From an uncultured Actinomycetes bacterium (GTDB lineage: Bacteria; Actinomycetota; Actinomycetes; Nanopelagicales; Nanopelagicaceae): a DNA stretch of 64,000 nucleotides. Position numbers and translations under genes: made by a program. The notes beneath the pieces were generated by a model. That model did not search any database, was not told the origin of the DNA, and saw only the letters and a program-made list of their open reading frames with translations. The DNA is taken from the NCBI GenBank assembly GCA_903850565.1, contig CAINLV010000059.1, positions 15,981 through 79,980 on the forward strand, in the 5' to 3' direction. Numbering within the stretch: the first letter of the stretch is position 1; every line of letters begins with the position of its first letter. This document shows, one piece after another, positions 1 to 9,118 of the stretch.

Positions 1-408
1 GATGAACTCGCTCCAAGCCAATTTTTCAAGAATCAAGTCCAAAATTTCGCGGGGGAATCCGGTGGTAATTGCTACGCCAACGCCTTTTGAACGCAGAGTT
101 TTGAAGAAATCGGTAATACCTTCAAATTCTTCGAGCTCGCCATTGGCAACCAATTCAAGATAACCCGCCACAAAACGGTCATGCGCCTGGTTGGCCTTTT
201 CTAGATCTCCCTCAAATAGGTGGGTTAAAACATCGAGCTTCCGCTGACCCATGGTGTCAATGACGTATTGGGTCATGGCATTAAATTCAGGGGAAGACTT
301 CACGACGCCCATGCTCACAATCGCATCTTGGAAGGCTTTGATAACCAGCCCATCATCCTTTGCAGTTGTACCCGCGACATCGAATACAACCAGTTTAGTT
401 AGCGCCAT
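1..408 (-). CDS. HAD-superfamily phosphonatase-like hydrolase, N-terminal ~136 codons (gene runs off the left edge)
   Basis: Absent from the ORF track because it has no stop in the window. My reverse-strand translation from the ATG at ~408 reads MALTKLVVFDVAGTTAKDDGLVIKAFQDAIVSMGVV...GVGVAITTGFPREILDLILEKLAWSEFI, open to position 1. HAD motif I is D-V-A-G-T (second Asp replaced by Ala), the variant known from phosphonoacetaldehyde hydrolase (PhnX)-type enzymes. The start overlaps the stop of the upstream oxidoreductase gene. Confidence 0.6.
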   Translation of the reverse strand, partial: MALTKLVVFDVAGTTAKDDGLVIKAFQDAIVSMGVVKSSPEFNAMTQYVIDTMGQRKLDVLTHLFEGDLEKANQAHDRFVAGYLELVANGELEEFEGITDFFKTLRSKGVGVAITTGFPREILDLILEKLAWSEFI

Positions 409-1538
409 TGAATCATCGTCTCCTCTGCGATAGCTGGTGAAATTGTGTTGCCTCGCCCACCTCCGCCGGTAACAACCACCGCTCCGGGAGAGATGGTCTT
501 ACGGAAGTAAATATCCGAACTTGTTGATTGACTATAAATTCCATCCCAACGCCGAGCGATGGCAGGTGCGCTCGATCCAAAGATCGCCGAGATGACACCG
601 CGAAGATGGTCGTACGGATCTTCAAATAATTCGTGACCGAAAGGCTCAACATATTCGTGGGTGTCGCCGATGGTCAATGAACCATCCAGCCGTTGCACCA
701 AAAGAAGTTGCATGAAATTTTCAGCCGCGATCGAACTTTGAGGAGGAAGGGCGCTTAAAGACAAATCTTTAAATGCCGGGTAGTAGCGAAGCGAATCGCC
801 ATCCGCGACCGAATGTCCAAGCTTCTTCGGAAGTGAAACCGTAGCCGCCATTTGAAGTCGCACTCTTCGAAGAGGTGCATCAACAAAATATGTTGCTAGA
901 AAACCTTTGTGAAATGCACCTGGACAGAAGACAACTAGATCTCCAGAAAGTGTCATTCCCTTAACGTCGGTCACATGATTTCCGGATTCATTATGAGTGA
1001 AATCTGCTACTTCAAAATTAGGAACCCATTGATAATTATCGTTTGTTTTTAAATACTCGCGCATTGCACTCAATAAGTACTTTGGTTCGGCAGCCGCATC
1101 TTTCGTGCAACGCAACGCGCCAATATAGTCACCAGCTAAAACTGGCTCTAGCGCAACCGTTTCTTCTTTAGTGAGGAGAGTGAAACCTCGCTCTACTGCA
1201 TCTGGCATGGAGTTGGCTTCTTCGAGTACCTGCATCTCAGCTTGGTTACGAGCGATTGTGAGTGATCCATTAGCCCGAAACCCGGTAGCTGGAACTTTGG
1301 CTCCAATTTCGCCCCAAATTTCGCGAGCTCGAAGTGCCACTTCTAATTCTTTGCCTGACTGTCTGCCACTAACCCAAATTAAACCGAAGTTTCGCATTGA
1401 AGCCGATTGCGGAGTCGCATCGCGTTCGCAGTGCACTACGGAAAATCCTGCTTCAAGTGCCAAATATGCATGCATGGTTCCGATAATGCCGCCACCCACG
1501 ACTAATACTTTGCTGGTCAAAGTCACTCTCCTTTTCAA
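399..1538 (-). CDS. FAD-dependent oxidoreductase, DAO (glycine/D-amino-acid oxidase-like) family
   Basis: 379-aa ORF. N-terminal dinucleotide-binding motif VLVVGGGIIGTMHAYLALEAGFSVVHCERD. Size and layout are typical of amine-oxidising flavoproteins. Co-oriented with and overlapping the PhnX-like gene. Confidence 0.8.
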   Translation of the reverse strand: MKRRVTLTSKVLVVGGGIIGTMHAYLALEAGFSVVHCERDATPQSASMRNFGLIWVSGRQSGKELEVALRAREIWGEIGAKVPATGFRANGSLTIARNQAEMQVLEEANSMPDAVERGFTLLTKEETVALEPVLAGDYIGALRCTKDAAAEPKYLLSAMREYLKTNDNYQWVPNFEVADFTHNESGNHVTDVKGMTLSGDLVVFCPGAFHKGFLATYFVDAPLRRVRLQMAATVSLPKKLGHSVADGDSLRYYPAFKDLSLSALPPQSSIAAENFMQLLLVQRLDGSLTIGDTHEYVEPFGHELFEDPYDHLRGVISAIFGSSAPAIARRWDGIYSQSTSSDIYFRKTISPGAVVVTGGGGRGNTISPAIAEETMIQWR

Positions 1539-1616
1539 TGGCTTTATCAGAGCATGGCTGACTAAAGCAGATGTTAAGGCTAGGTGATGTTTAAGTGAAT
1601 TCTTATTGACCTTGAA

Positions 1617-3062
1617 TCAGGAATTCAGATCAGCGCTCGGTTGCAACAACCATTGGGTTGCCTCTTGTGCCGTGAAGCCTTCGGGATAAATTCTTAAGAG
1701 GGCGCGAACACTCTCCATGTCCGAACCCAAGGTAACAATCGGGGGCTCGTCATAGCCATTCCTGCGATGCTGTCCTAGTCCAACATTCGCCGTTAGACCG
1801 TTGCATAAACATTCGCGGCCGCGAAGCTCTTCGACATCCCCACCTTTTTTAATGAACATATCCGTAGGTTCGGCCGCGCAGCGGTAATCAATTCGGCCAT
1901 TTGGGTTCAAAAAGGGCACTCGCAAATATCCCATGTCGCATAACGGGTTTCGATTTTCGCTAACTTCGCCATCAGAAATGGTTCCTTCTAACTGAGCAAC
2001 TTTGATGGGGAAACTGGTCGGCGATGCAGCTGGGTCGGTATAAATCTTTAACGTGTCGGAACGAATTTCGGAAAGTAACTGTTCGCGAAGGTCGGCTCTC
2101 AACCCAGAGTCCTTGCTCAGAGCAAAAAGCGTTCCAACCTGGACCCCTTGAGCGCCTAGTTCCGTCGCGGCTACAACCATTTCGGGATTTCCGTAAGCTC
2201 CTGCCAGCCAAAATGGGAGCCCCAGGGTGACCATTTTGCTCAGATTTGGCTCATCTCGATCGCCATAAATTGGCTCGTTTAACTCATTCAAATTAATTTT
2301 GCCACGAGGCGGAGCGTTATGTCCGCCCGCGCGATGGCCCTCAACAACAAAGCCATCAGGCTTGGTTGCTTCATCTTTTGCTAAATAAGAAGCCAAAATG
2401 TCGGTTGAAATGATCGCGATAAATTTCGGCGCCGTTAACTTGGGAAGGTACTCACCCAGGATTTCTTTGGGATCGACTGAAAGCAAATACGGTTCCGATG
2501 CGCCAACCACATCCACGTGGATCGATCCCACGCCGCCAGTAGCAAAATCTTTTATCAAACGGGGCAACTCTCGAGGTATCCCAGCGCCCATGAGTACGTA
2601 ATCGACTTTCGCCAGCATGGCACCCAATACCGCCGGAGCGGTGGCCATTTGTATTTTCTCTAAATAATTAATCCCGATAACGCCTTCGTGACCTTCTTTT
2701 GCCAACCAGACTTCAACAAAATTGCTCAGGATTACGATCTCAAGGGCTTCGCGACTCGGAGTCACGGATGGCTTGGGAACCAACATATAGGTTTCATCGT
2801 GCTTGCGACCTTCGGCTCGAAAATACCGAGCGAGCATTCTGCCGGCAATCTCCTGAGATGGAAAGTGTTCCAACGCCCGACGAACGTGACCGCCTTCATC
2901 ACCATTCTGCAACCGCCTGACGATAACGGAGTCGACGGCGGTGCCAGAGACAACGCCCAATTGCCCAACAAGCGAAACTTCTTTCGCTAGATGCCAGTTG
3001 GAAAGTCCAACACCCATTCCACCCTGAATTATGGTTGGCCACGTCTTAGCCGCGATTGCCAT
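1617..3062 (-). CDS. Nitronate monooxygenase / 2-nitropropane dioxygenase-like (NMO family) FMN oxidoreductase
   Basis: 481-aa ORF. N-terminus PTIIQGGMGVGLSNWHLAKEVSLVGQLGVVSG, and later GAGIPRELP and HRAGGHN segments typical of NMO/FabK-type TIM-barrel flavoenzymes. Confidence 0.7.
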   Translation of the reverse strand: MAIAAKTWPTIIQGGMGVGLSNWHLAKEVSLVGQLGVVSGTAVDSVIVRRLQNGDEGGHVRRALEHFPSQEIAGRMLARYFRAEGRKHDETYMLVPKPSVTPSREALEIVILSNFVEVWLAKEGHEGVIGINYLEKIQMATAPAVLGAMLAKVDYVLMGAGIPRELPRLIKDFATGGVGSIHVDVVGASEPYLLSVDPKEILGEYLPKLTAPKFIAIISTDILASYLAKDEATKPDGFVVEGHRAGGHNAPPRGKINLNELNEPIYGDRDEPNLSKMVTLGLPFWLAGAYGNPEMVVAATELGAQGVQVGTLFALSKDSGLRADLREQLLSEIRSDTLKIYTDPAASPTSFPIKVAQLEGTISDGEVSENRNPLCDMGYLRVPFLNPNGRIDYRCAAEPTDMFIKKGGDVEELRGRECLCNGLTANVGLGQHRRNGYDEPPIVTLGSDMESVRALLRIYPEGFTAQEATQWLLQPSADLNS

Positions 3063-3200
3063 TCACACCCCGCTTTCAATATCTTGAGGGTAGAGAGTCA
3101 AAGAAAAGTTAAGAAATCGGAAGCACGAGCCATCACTCATTAGTTAGGCGCTAAGTTTACCAAGGCTTAGCCCGAACAGAGCAGGTACAAGCGGTTCAAC

Positions 3201-4574
3201 TTATTCTTGGTAATAGCGCCCAACTATGGCCAACGCCTGGTCCAGAGCTGCGATTCCTTCCAATGCTTCCGTTTCAGAAATATTGCAAGGAGGGCACATG
3301 TGTAGCCGATTGAAATTCATGTATGGCACGAAACCCAATCTGAGGCACTCAGCGAATAATTCCTTCATTTCCGGGCTTATTTTCCCGTACGGAGAGAGTG
3401 GTTCCTTGCTTATCCGATTCTTAACTAATTCGATAGCCCAGAAAACTCCGATTCCATGAACATCCCCAATGATTTTATGTTTCGCCATCAATCGTTCGAG
3501 CTCTGGACGAAAAATCTTCTCTCCAATTTCCCGAGCGTTTTCTAGTATTTTCTCTTCAACCATGGCTTCGATATTTGCCACCGCCGATGCACAAGCCAAC
3601 GGGTGTCCAGAATATGTAAGTCCCCCCGGGAAAAACTGTCCATCAAGGGTTGACGCCATTTCTTCGGAGACCACAACTCCACCAAGTGGCACATAGCCAG
3701 AATTAACCCCTTTGGCGAAAACGATCAGGTCTGGTTTTACTTCCCACTTTTGGAAAGCAAACCACTCTCCGATTCGACCAAAACCACACATCACTTCATC
3801 GGCGATCCATTTGATTCCATATTTGTTACAAAGATCTCGAACTCCCTGAAGATATCCAGCGGGAGGAATAAGTATCCCGGCACCGCCGACGACCGTCTCC
3901 ATCAAAATAGCGGCAATGTGATTTGGTCCTTCGAAGAGTATTACTTCTTCCAGATGGGCCAACGCGCGGTCTCGCTCTTCCTCTTCTGTTTGTGAAAAAA
4001 AGGAACTTCGATATGAATGCGGCCCGAAGAAATGAACATGACCTGAAGCAAACTCATTTGGCCAGCGTCGTGGATCACCGCTCGCCGTAATCGAAGAGGT
4101 TGTATTGCCATGATAAGAGCGATAGCAACTTAGAATTTTATGTTTGCCCGTTGCCACGCGAGCCATTCGTATGGCATTTTCATTCCCGTCGGCACCTCCA
4201 TTGGTAAAGAAAACTTTGCTAAATCCAGGACCAGCTTTTTCAACTATAAGTTCGGCTGCCCGATTACGCGCTTCATTGGCATACTGCGGGGCGACCGTCG
4301 TTAACAGTGCCACCTGTTCCTGAATCGCCTTTATCACTTTCGGATGTTGGAAACCCAAATTCGTAAATATTAATTGGCTCGAAAAATCCAAATATTTTTT
4401 CCCATCGAAATCCCAAAAATAGGAACCTAAACCCCGCTCGATTGGCAGCGGATGAATCTCATTTTGAATTGACCACGAATGCATGACATATTTGTGATCA
4501 ATCTCTTCTATTCTCCGAAAAGCATCAGAGTGGACTACTTCTTTAGAATTTTTCTCCGTCACAGAATCTCCCAA
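3201..4574 (-). CDS. Class III pyridoxal-phosphate aminotransferase (omega-amino acid:pyruvate type)
   Basis: 457-aa ORF. Segments FFTNGGADGNENAIRMAR and ADEVMCGFGRIGEWFAFQKWEVKPDLIVFAKGVNSGYVPLGG (the PLP lysine lies in FAKG). The track start is TTG; a GTG 12 nt downstream is an alternative start. Confidence 0.85.
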   Translation of the reverse strand: MGDSVTEKNSKEVVHSDAFRRIEEIDHKYVMHSWSIQNEIHPLPIERGLGSYFWDFDGKKYLDFSSQLIFTNLGFQHPKVIKAIQEQVALLTTVAPQYANEARNRAAELIVEKAGPGFSKVFFTNGGADGNENAIRMARVATGKHKILSCYRSYHGNTTSSITASGDPRRWPNEFASGHVHFFGPHSYRSSFFSQTEEEERDRALAHLEEVILFEGPNHIAAILMETVVGGAGILIPPAGYLQGVRDLCNKYGIKWIADEVMCGFGRIGEWFAFQKWEVKPDLIVFAKGVNSGYVPLGGVVVSEEMASTLDGQFFPGGLTYSGHPLACASAVANIEAMVEEKILENAREIGEKIFRPELERLMAKHKIIGDVHGIGVFWAIELVKNRISKEPLSPYGKISPEMKELFAECLRLGFVPYMNFNRLHMCPPCNISETEALEGIAALDQALAIVGRYYQE

Positions 4575-4891
4575 GTCTTCACATTAGATTTCAAAAGATT
4601 ATCTTGGAAATATATTCAAATGTAGACGAAAGTTGAATCTGAAGATGAATTTCAGAAAATGAGGACTAGCACCTACTTCTCAATGGAGTCCCCATGAGTA
4701 TTTAGTTAACGGCATTTGGCTTACAAATTTGGTCCACTAGAAATTACGATGTGTACGGCTAACTAATTAAGCTTTTTAGCCAAAGAAAATAGTTGGGGAT
4801 ATCCCATCCCATCCTTAACAAGAATCAATCGATGCTGGAATGGATTCATAAACTTTTCCAATTGCTCAGGAATTAATAAATTGCGTTGGTT

Positions 4892-4959
4892 GCCCATAGC
4901 TCATTCGATAGAGCAGCTTTCTAACGAAGAGTGATGGTTGAAAGATGTTGAGGGCACCA
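4892..4959 (+). other. tRNA-like fragment: well-formed acceptor 5' half, D-arm and anticodon arm, degenerate T-arm
   Basis: Sequence GCCCATAGCTCATTCGATAGAGCAGCTTTCTAACGAAGAGTGATGGTTGAAAGATGTTGAGGGCACCA. D-stem is GCTC/GAGC. A 5-bp anticodon stem (with 2 G-U pairs) carries loop CUAACGA. It ends in GGGCACCA. No T-stem can be paired and the whole is ~5 nt too short. It converges on tRNA-Thr with only ~7 nt between the 3' ends. Confidence 0.25.
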
Positions 4960-4966
4960 AGGTAAA

Positions 4967-5041
4967 TGGAGCCCCCCGTCAGGATTGAACTGACGACCTT
5001 CCGCTTACAAGGCGGATGCTCTACCACTGAGCTAGGGAGGC
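4967..5041 (-). tRNA. tRNA-Thr (anticodon UGU), CCA encoded
   Basis: Reverse complement is GCCTCCCTAGCTCAGTGGTAGAGCATCCGCCTTGTAAGCGGAAGGTCGTCAGTTCAATCCTGACGGGGGGCTCCA. It folds as a cloverleaf: acceptor GCCTCCC/GGGGGGC, D-arm AGCTCAGTGGTAGAGC, anticodon stem TCCGC/GCGGA with loop CTTGTAA, and T-arm GTCAGTTCAATCCTGAC. Confidence 0.9.
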
Positions 5042-5151
5042 GAGGCACAATAACTTCTTTAGCTGCGCGGCCAGTGGGCAATTATGACACGCTTAAATAG
5101 CACGAAAGACCTGTTCTGCGAAGAACTCACAGAATCTAGTAAGTTCAGGGA

Positions 5152-6069
5152 ATGCGTTTAGGAGTTTTAGATGTCGGCTCGAACACAGTTCACCTCCAAG
5201 TAGTCGATACCCACCCCGGAGCGCGCCCCAACCCAACCTTCAACTATAAGGAAGAGTTGCGGTTGACCGAGTATTTAGACCCCCAAAACAACATTTCAGA
5301 TGAAGGCATAATTCAACTTCGGCTATGTATTCAGCGCGCCATTTCTCAAGCAAAGTCCGTTCAAACCACCGAACTTCTTCCATTTGCAACCTCGGCGCTG
5401 CGAGAAGCCGATAATGGGGAATCGATAATCAAGGCTTTAAACGGCGAGTTCGAAATTGATCTGCAAGTCCTAACCGGGGAAGAAGAAGCGAAGTTAACCT
5501 TTTTGGCAGCGCGTCGATGGTTTGGTTGGTCCAGCGGGCGTCTTCTAGTCATCGATATCGGTGGCGGCTCACTTGAAATTGCAGTAGGCGTCGATGAATC
5601 ACCAGAGGTCGCCGTTTCGCTTCCGCTTGGTGCGGGTCGCTTAACTAAGAATCATCTGGTGGGCGATCCACACACTGAAAAAAGTATCAGAAATTTGCGC
5701 GAACACATTGAATCCCAGCTGGATGAAGTTCTACCGACCTTAGTTCATCATCAAGACAATGATCGAGCCATTGCAACTAGTAAAACTCTGCGAACTTTGG
5801 CAAGGCTGTGCGGAGATTGGTACGGCGGAAACGGAAAGATCATTAAAGTCGAAGCAATGAGAAAAATGTCAATAAGACTTGGTGAAATGTCATTGGAAGA
5901 GCGGACCAGAATCCCGGGAGTCTCGGCAAACCGAGCAAGACAAATTGTCGCGGGCGCTTTTGTTACTGAGAGCGTGATGCGTAATTTGGATTTACCTGAA
6001 CTTGAAATTTGCCCTTGGGCGTTGCGCGAAGGTGTTGTCCTTAAATGGATGGACTGGATGGAATCTTAA
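5152..6069 (+). CDS. ppx: Ppx/GppA-family phosphatase (exopolyphosphatase / pppGpp phosphohydrolase-like)
   Basis: 305-aa ORF. N-terminal actin-like ATPase motif LGVLDVGSNTVHLQVVD, and later VIDIGGGSLEI. Confidence 0.85.
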   Translation: MRLGVLDVGSNTVHLQVVDTHPGARPNPTFNYKEELRLTEYLDPQNNISDEGIIQLRLCIQRAISQAKSVQTTELLPFATSALREADNGESIIKALNGEFEIDLQVLTGEEEAKLTFLAARRWFGWSSGRLLVIDIGGGSLEIAVGVDESPEVAVSLPLGAGRLTKNHLVGDPHTEKSIRNLREHIESQLDEVLPTLVHHQDNDRAIATSKTLRTLARLCGDWYGGNGKIIKVEAMRKMSIRLGEMSLEERTRIPGVSANRARQIVAGAFVTESVMRNLDLPELEICPWALREGVVLKWMDWMES

Positions 6070-6077
6070 GAAAGTTT

Positions 6078-6968
6078 TTAAATGGTTGGTGCGCCTAAGC
6101 GATCCACTTGGAAAACTTCCTTCTTCCTATGATGAATAATCCAAGCCTCACCCGGCATCAATTTCGAATCAGGCAGTTCAACATCGACTTTCTTAGTCAA
6201 TTTCTCCAACATTCGTGGCAACACTGGATTGTGACTACACAATAAAAGAGTCTCGCGCTTCTTGATTAATTCTTTTGCGAAATCAATGGCTTTATCTTTA
6301 TTCTTCCTAAAAGTGTATTCACTCAATTGTTGCGTGACGATTGGGTCTATGTTGAGCGCCTTAGCCATGAGCGCAACAGTGTCCATGCACCGAACTGCAT
6401 CCGAGGTATAGATCTCTTCCAAGCCAAAAACCTGATACAACGAAAGCATTCGCTTTGCCTGAAGTTGTCCCGTTAATTCCAATGGTCGATCATCGTCATC
6501 ACCTTGCCACTCTTGACGAGCCAAGGCTTTTGCATGACGCAACATGATGAGAGTTTCGGAATCGAACGGGGAACTCAAGAATTTTTGTAAAATCTCTTTG
6601 TCACTCTCTCGGGTCAGTTTTTCCATGCCGTCACCGAGAGATAACCAGACCATTTCGTCTACTTCACTATTGGCTCGGAAGGCGTGGTCTTCTCCGATAA
6701 CTTTGGCACACCAGTAACTAACTTCCTTTAGACCGTCGGGAACATAGTAATCAACTGTTCCGATAAATGGTCCCAACTTAATCTTAAGATTGGTTTCTTC
6801 CATAACTTCGCGATATGCGCAGGATATAAGGGTCTCACCAAATTCCATCCTGCCCTTCGGCAATGACCAATCGTCGTAGCGCGGCCGATGAATAATGGCG
6901 ACTGAAACGCTATCGTCGGAATTCTTTCGCCAAACCACAGCTCCAGCTGCATAGATTGGCGCGTTCAT
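6078..6968 (-). CDS. mutT1: Nudix hydrolase fused to a C-terminal histidine-phosphatase (SixA/PGM-like) domain, MutT1-like
   Basis: Nudix box GRMEFGETLISCAYREVMEETNL, and a C-terminal RHAKA (RHG-type) histidine-phosphatase motif. Same architecture and position next to ppk as mycobacterial MutT1. I chose the ATG at 6968 (MNAPIYAAG...), which forms an ATGA overlap with the ppk stop. The track start is 6986. Confidence 0.75.
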   Translation of the reverse strand: MNAPIYAAGAVVWRKNSDDSVSVAIIHRPRYDDWSLPKGRMEFGETLISCAYREVMEETNLKIKLGPFIGTVDYYVPDGLKEVSYWCAKVIGEDHAFRANSEVDEMVWLSLGDGMEKLTRESDKEILQKFLSSPFDSETLIMLRHAKALARQEWQGDDDDRPLELTGQLQAKRMLSLYQVFGLEEIYTSDAVRCMDTVALMAKALNIDPIVTQQLSEYTFRKNKDKAIDFAKELIKKRETLLLCSHNPVLPRMLEKLTKKVDVELPDSKLMPGEAWIIHHRKKEVFQVDRLGAPTI

Positions 6969-9049
6969 CCGCGAACTCGATACCACTCAATTGAGGCTTC
7001 GTGTAAATCTTCTAGTGGCGCCCCGGCAGAATCTCTCTGGGTTCGAAGCCACCCGCCTTCATTTGTCATACTCCAGTGCGACATTGATGGTGATAGATAC
7101 GTATCAATGGCACGAACTAAAAGACGTTTGTGATCGGTTTGAATGATTTTCACCATGCTCTCAACTCGGCGATCCAAATTACGGTGCATGAGATCGGCAC
7201 TGCCTATCCAAAGTTCTTCTTCCCCACCATTTGCAAAGTGGAAGATTCGAGAGTGCTCCAGAAATCGGCCTAGGATTGAAACTGCTCTGATATTTTCCGA
7301 AAGACCAGGAACTCCGGTCCGGATCGCACATATTCCGCGCACGACCAAATCTATTTTTACACCAGCATTCGACGCCTTATATAAGTGCTCAATAAATTCT
7401 TCATCCAAAATAGAGTTGAGCTTCATCCGAATAAAGGCCGGTTTTCCTAACCTTTGATTTTCGATTTCGCGGTCGATTCTCTCCAGCAGCCCACTTCGTA
7501 AAGTTCGTGGGGCAACCAATAATCGAGCAAAGGAAGTTTGTGGGGCAAAACCGGAAAGTTGATTAAATAGCTTGTTAACGTCATCACCAAGAACTGGATC
7601 CGCGCTCAGAATTCCAAAATCTTCATATAACCGCGCAGTCTTGGGATTGTAATTTCCAGTTCCCATGTGAACGTAACGACGGATTCCAAGGCTCTCTTCG
7701 CGAACAACTAGAGATAATTTCGCGTGCGTTTTATATCCGACCAGACCGTAAACAACATGGACTCCAGCATCTTCAAGGGCTCTGGCCCATCGCACATTCG
7801 CGAGTTCATCAAAACGTGCTCGAATTTCGACAACTGCAAGTACTTGTTTTCCGGCTTCGGCTGCTTCGATAAGCGCTTGCACAATCGGAGAATCACCTGA
7901 AGTTCTATACAGCGTCTGTTTTATAGCCAAAACGCTTGGGTCGCTGGCGGCAGCCTGCAAAAAGCGAACAACCGATGAAGTGAACGATTCGTAAGGGTGA
8001 TGCAAAATGATTTCATGGCGGCGAATCGCATCAAAGAAGGCATCGCTGGAATCAGGGTCAACATCACGTAAGTCCCATGCAACTTGATTTCTAAATGCCG
8101 GAAACTTTAATTCCGGACGATCAACATCTGCAATTCGAAATAGCCCAGTTAAGTCCAACGGTTCTGGATAACGACTGATTTCTTGTTCGCGGATTCCTAG
8201 CTCATCCATAAGCGTTCGAAGCAAATCCGGGTTGATAGTTGGATCCACCTCAAGTCGAACTGGAGGACCAAATTTTCTACGAAGTAATTCTTGCTCCATT
8301 GAAGCGAGAAGATTTTCAGATTCCTCTTCTTCTAGCTCGAGATCGGCATTTCGAGTAAGTCTAAAAGTGTAATAATCCTTAACTTCCATGCCTGGAAAGA
8401 GTTCGGCTAAGTTTGCAATGATCACTTGCTCAAGCGGGATAAAACGTTTGGCCTCATATTGAGCTGCCTCAACAAAGCGTGGCAAATTCGAGGGAACTTT
8501 CACACGAGCAAATAACTCTTGATCGGTATCGGGCTTACCAACCACAACGGCCAAATTCAATGAGAGTCCGGATATGTAAGGAAATGGATGCGACGGATCA
8601 ACTGCTAAAGGTGTCAAAACCGGAAAAATTCGTTCATGAAAAATTTTGTTTACATATGCTTTTTCTTCCGGATTCAGCTCTTCCCATTTCGAAATTTCAA
8701 TTCCTTGAGCAGCTAGCGCTGGAAGAATCTCACCATGAAATACTCTTGATTGCCGATCAGTGAGTTCTTGCGTTTTTTGTGAAATGGCAGTCATTAGTTG
8801 TGACGGCGTATAACCAGCAGTATTTTGTTTTGTAATACCCGCTTCAAGCTTCCGCTTCAATGTTGCAACACGAATCATAAAAAAGTCGTCAAGATTCGCA
8901 GAAAAAATTGCCAAGAAGCGACAACGCTCCAGTAACGGTGAAGTTGGATCCTCGGCAAGTTGCAAGACCCGTTCATTGAAGGCAAGCCAACTTAATTCCC
9001 GATCTATGAGCCGCTCACGCGGGCTATCGGAAATCGAGTGGGAAGACAT
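6965..9049 (-). CDS. ppk: Polyphosphate kinase 1
   Basis: About 700 aa. N-terminal ELSWLAFNERVLQLAEDPTSPLLERCRFLAIFSANLDDFFMIRV, plus two PLD-like HKD-type segments (YKTHAKLSLVVR and the GSADLMHRNLDRRVE region). Start chosen at MSSHS (9049). The track ORF extends to 9079. Confidence 0.95.
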   Translation of the reverse strand: MSSHSISDSPRERLIDRELSWLAFNERVLQLAEDPTSPLLERCRFLAIFSANLDDFFMIRVATLKRKLEAGITKQNTAGYTPSQLMTAISQKTQELTDRQSRVFHGEILPALAAQGIEISKWEELNPEEKAYVNKIFHERIFPVLTPLAVDPSHPFPYISGLSLNLAVVVGKPDTDQELFARVKVPSNLPRFVEAAQYEAKRFIPLEQVIIANLAELFPGMEVKDYYTFRLTRNADLELEEEESENLLASMEQELLRRKFGPPVRLEVDPTINPDLLRTLMDELGIREQEISRYPEPLDLTGLFRIADVDRPELKFPAFRNQVAWDLRDVDPDSSDAFFDAIRRHEIILHHPYESFTSSVVRFLQAAASDPSVLAIKQTLYRTSGDSPIVQALIEAAEAGKQVLAVVEIRARFDELANVRWARALEDAGVHVVYGLVGYKTHAKLSLVVREESLGIRRYVHMGTGNYNPKTARLYEDFGILSADPVLGDDVNKLFNQLSGFAPQTSFARLLVAPRTLRSGLLERIDREIENQRLGKPAFIRMKLNSILDEEFIEHLYKASNAGVKIDLVVRGICAIRTGVPGLSENIRAVSILGRFLEHSRIFHFANGGEEELWIGSADLMHRNLDRRVESMVKIIQTDHKRLLVRAIDTYLSPSMSHWSMTNEGGWLRTQRDSAGAPLEDLHEASIEWYRVRG

Positions 9050-9118
9050 GGTCCTATTTTGCTCCAAAACGATGAACATCGGGTAACCAGTAGACGACCA
9101 AAGCGTGAAAACCAGAAT

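Noticed and set aside
251-433. The 60-aa plus-strand ORF at the left edge, and the 1171..1587 plus-strand ORF.
   Set aside because: Both are antisense to genes with clear family motifs (the PhnX-like HAD gene and the DAO-family oxidoreductase).
4866-5081. The 71-aa minus-strand ORF.
   Set aside because: It is fully explained by tRNA-Thr and the tRNA-like fragment that it overlaps.
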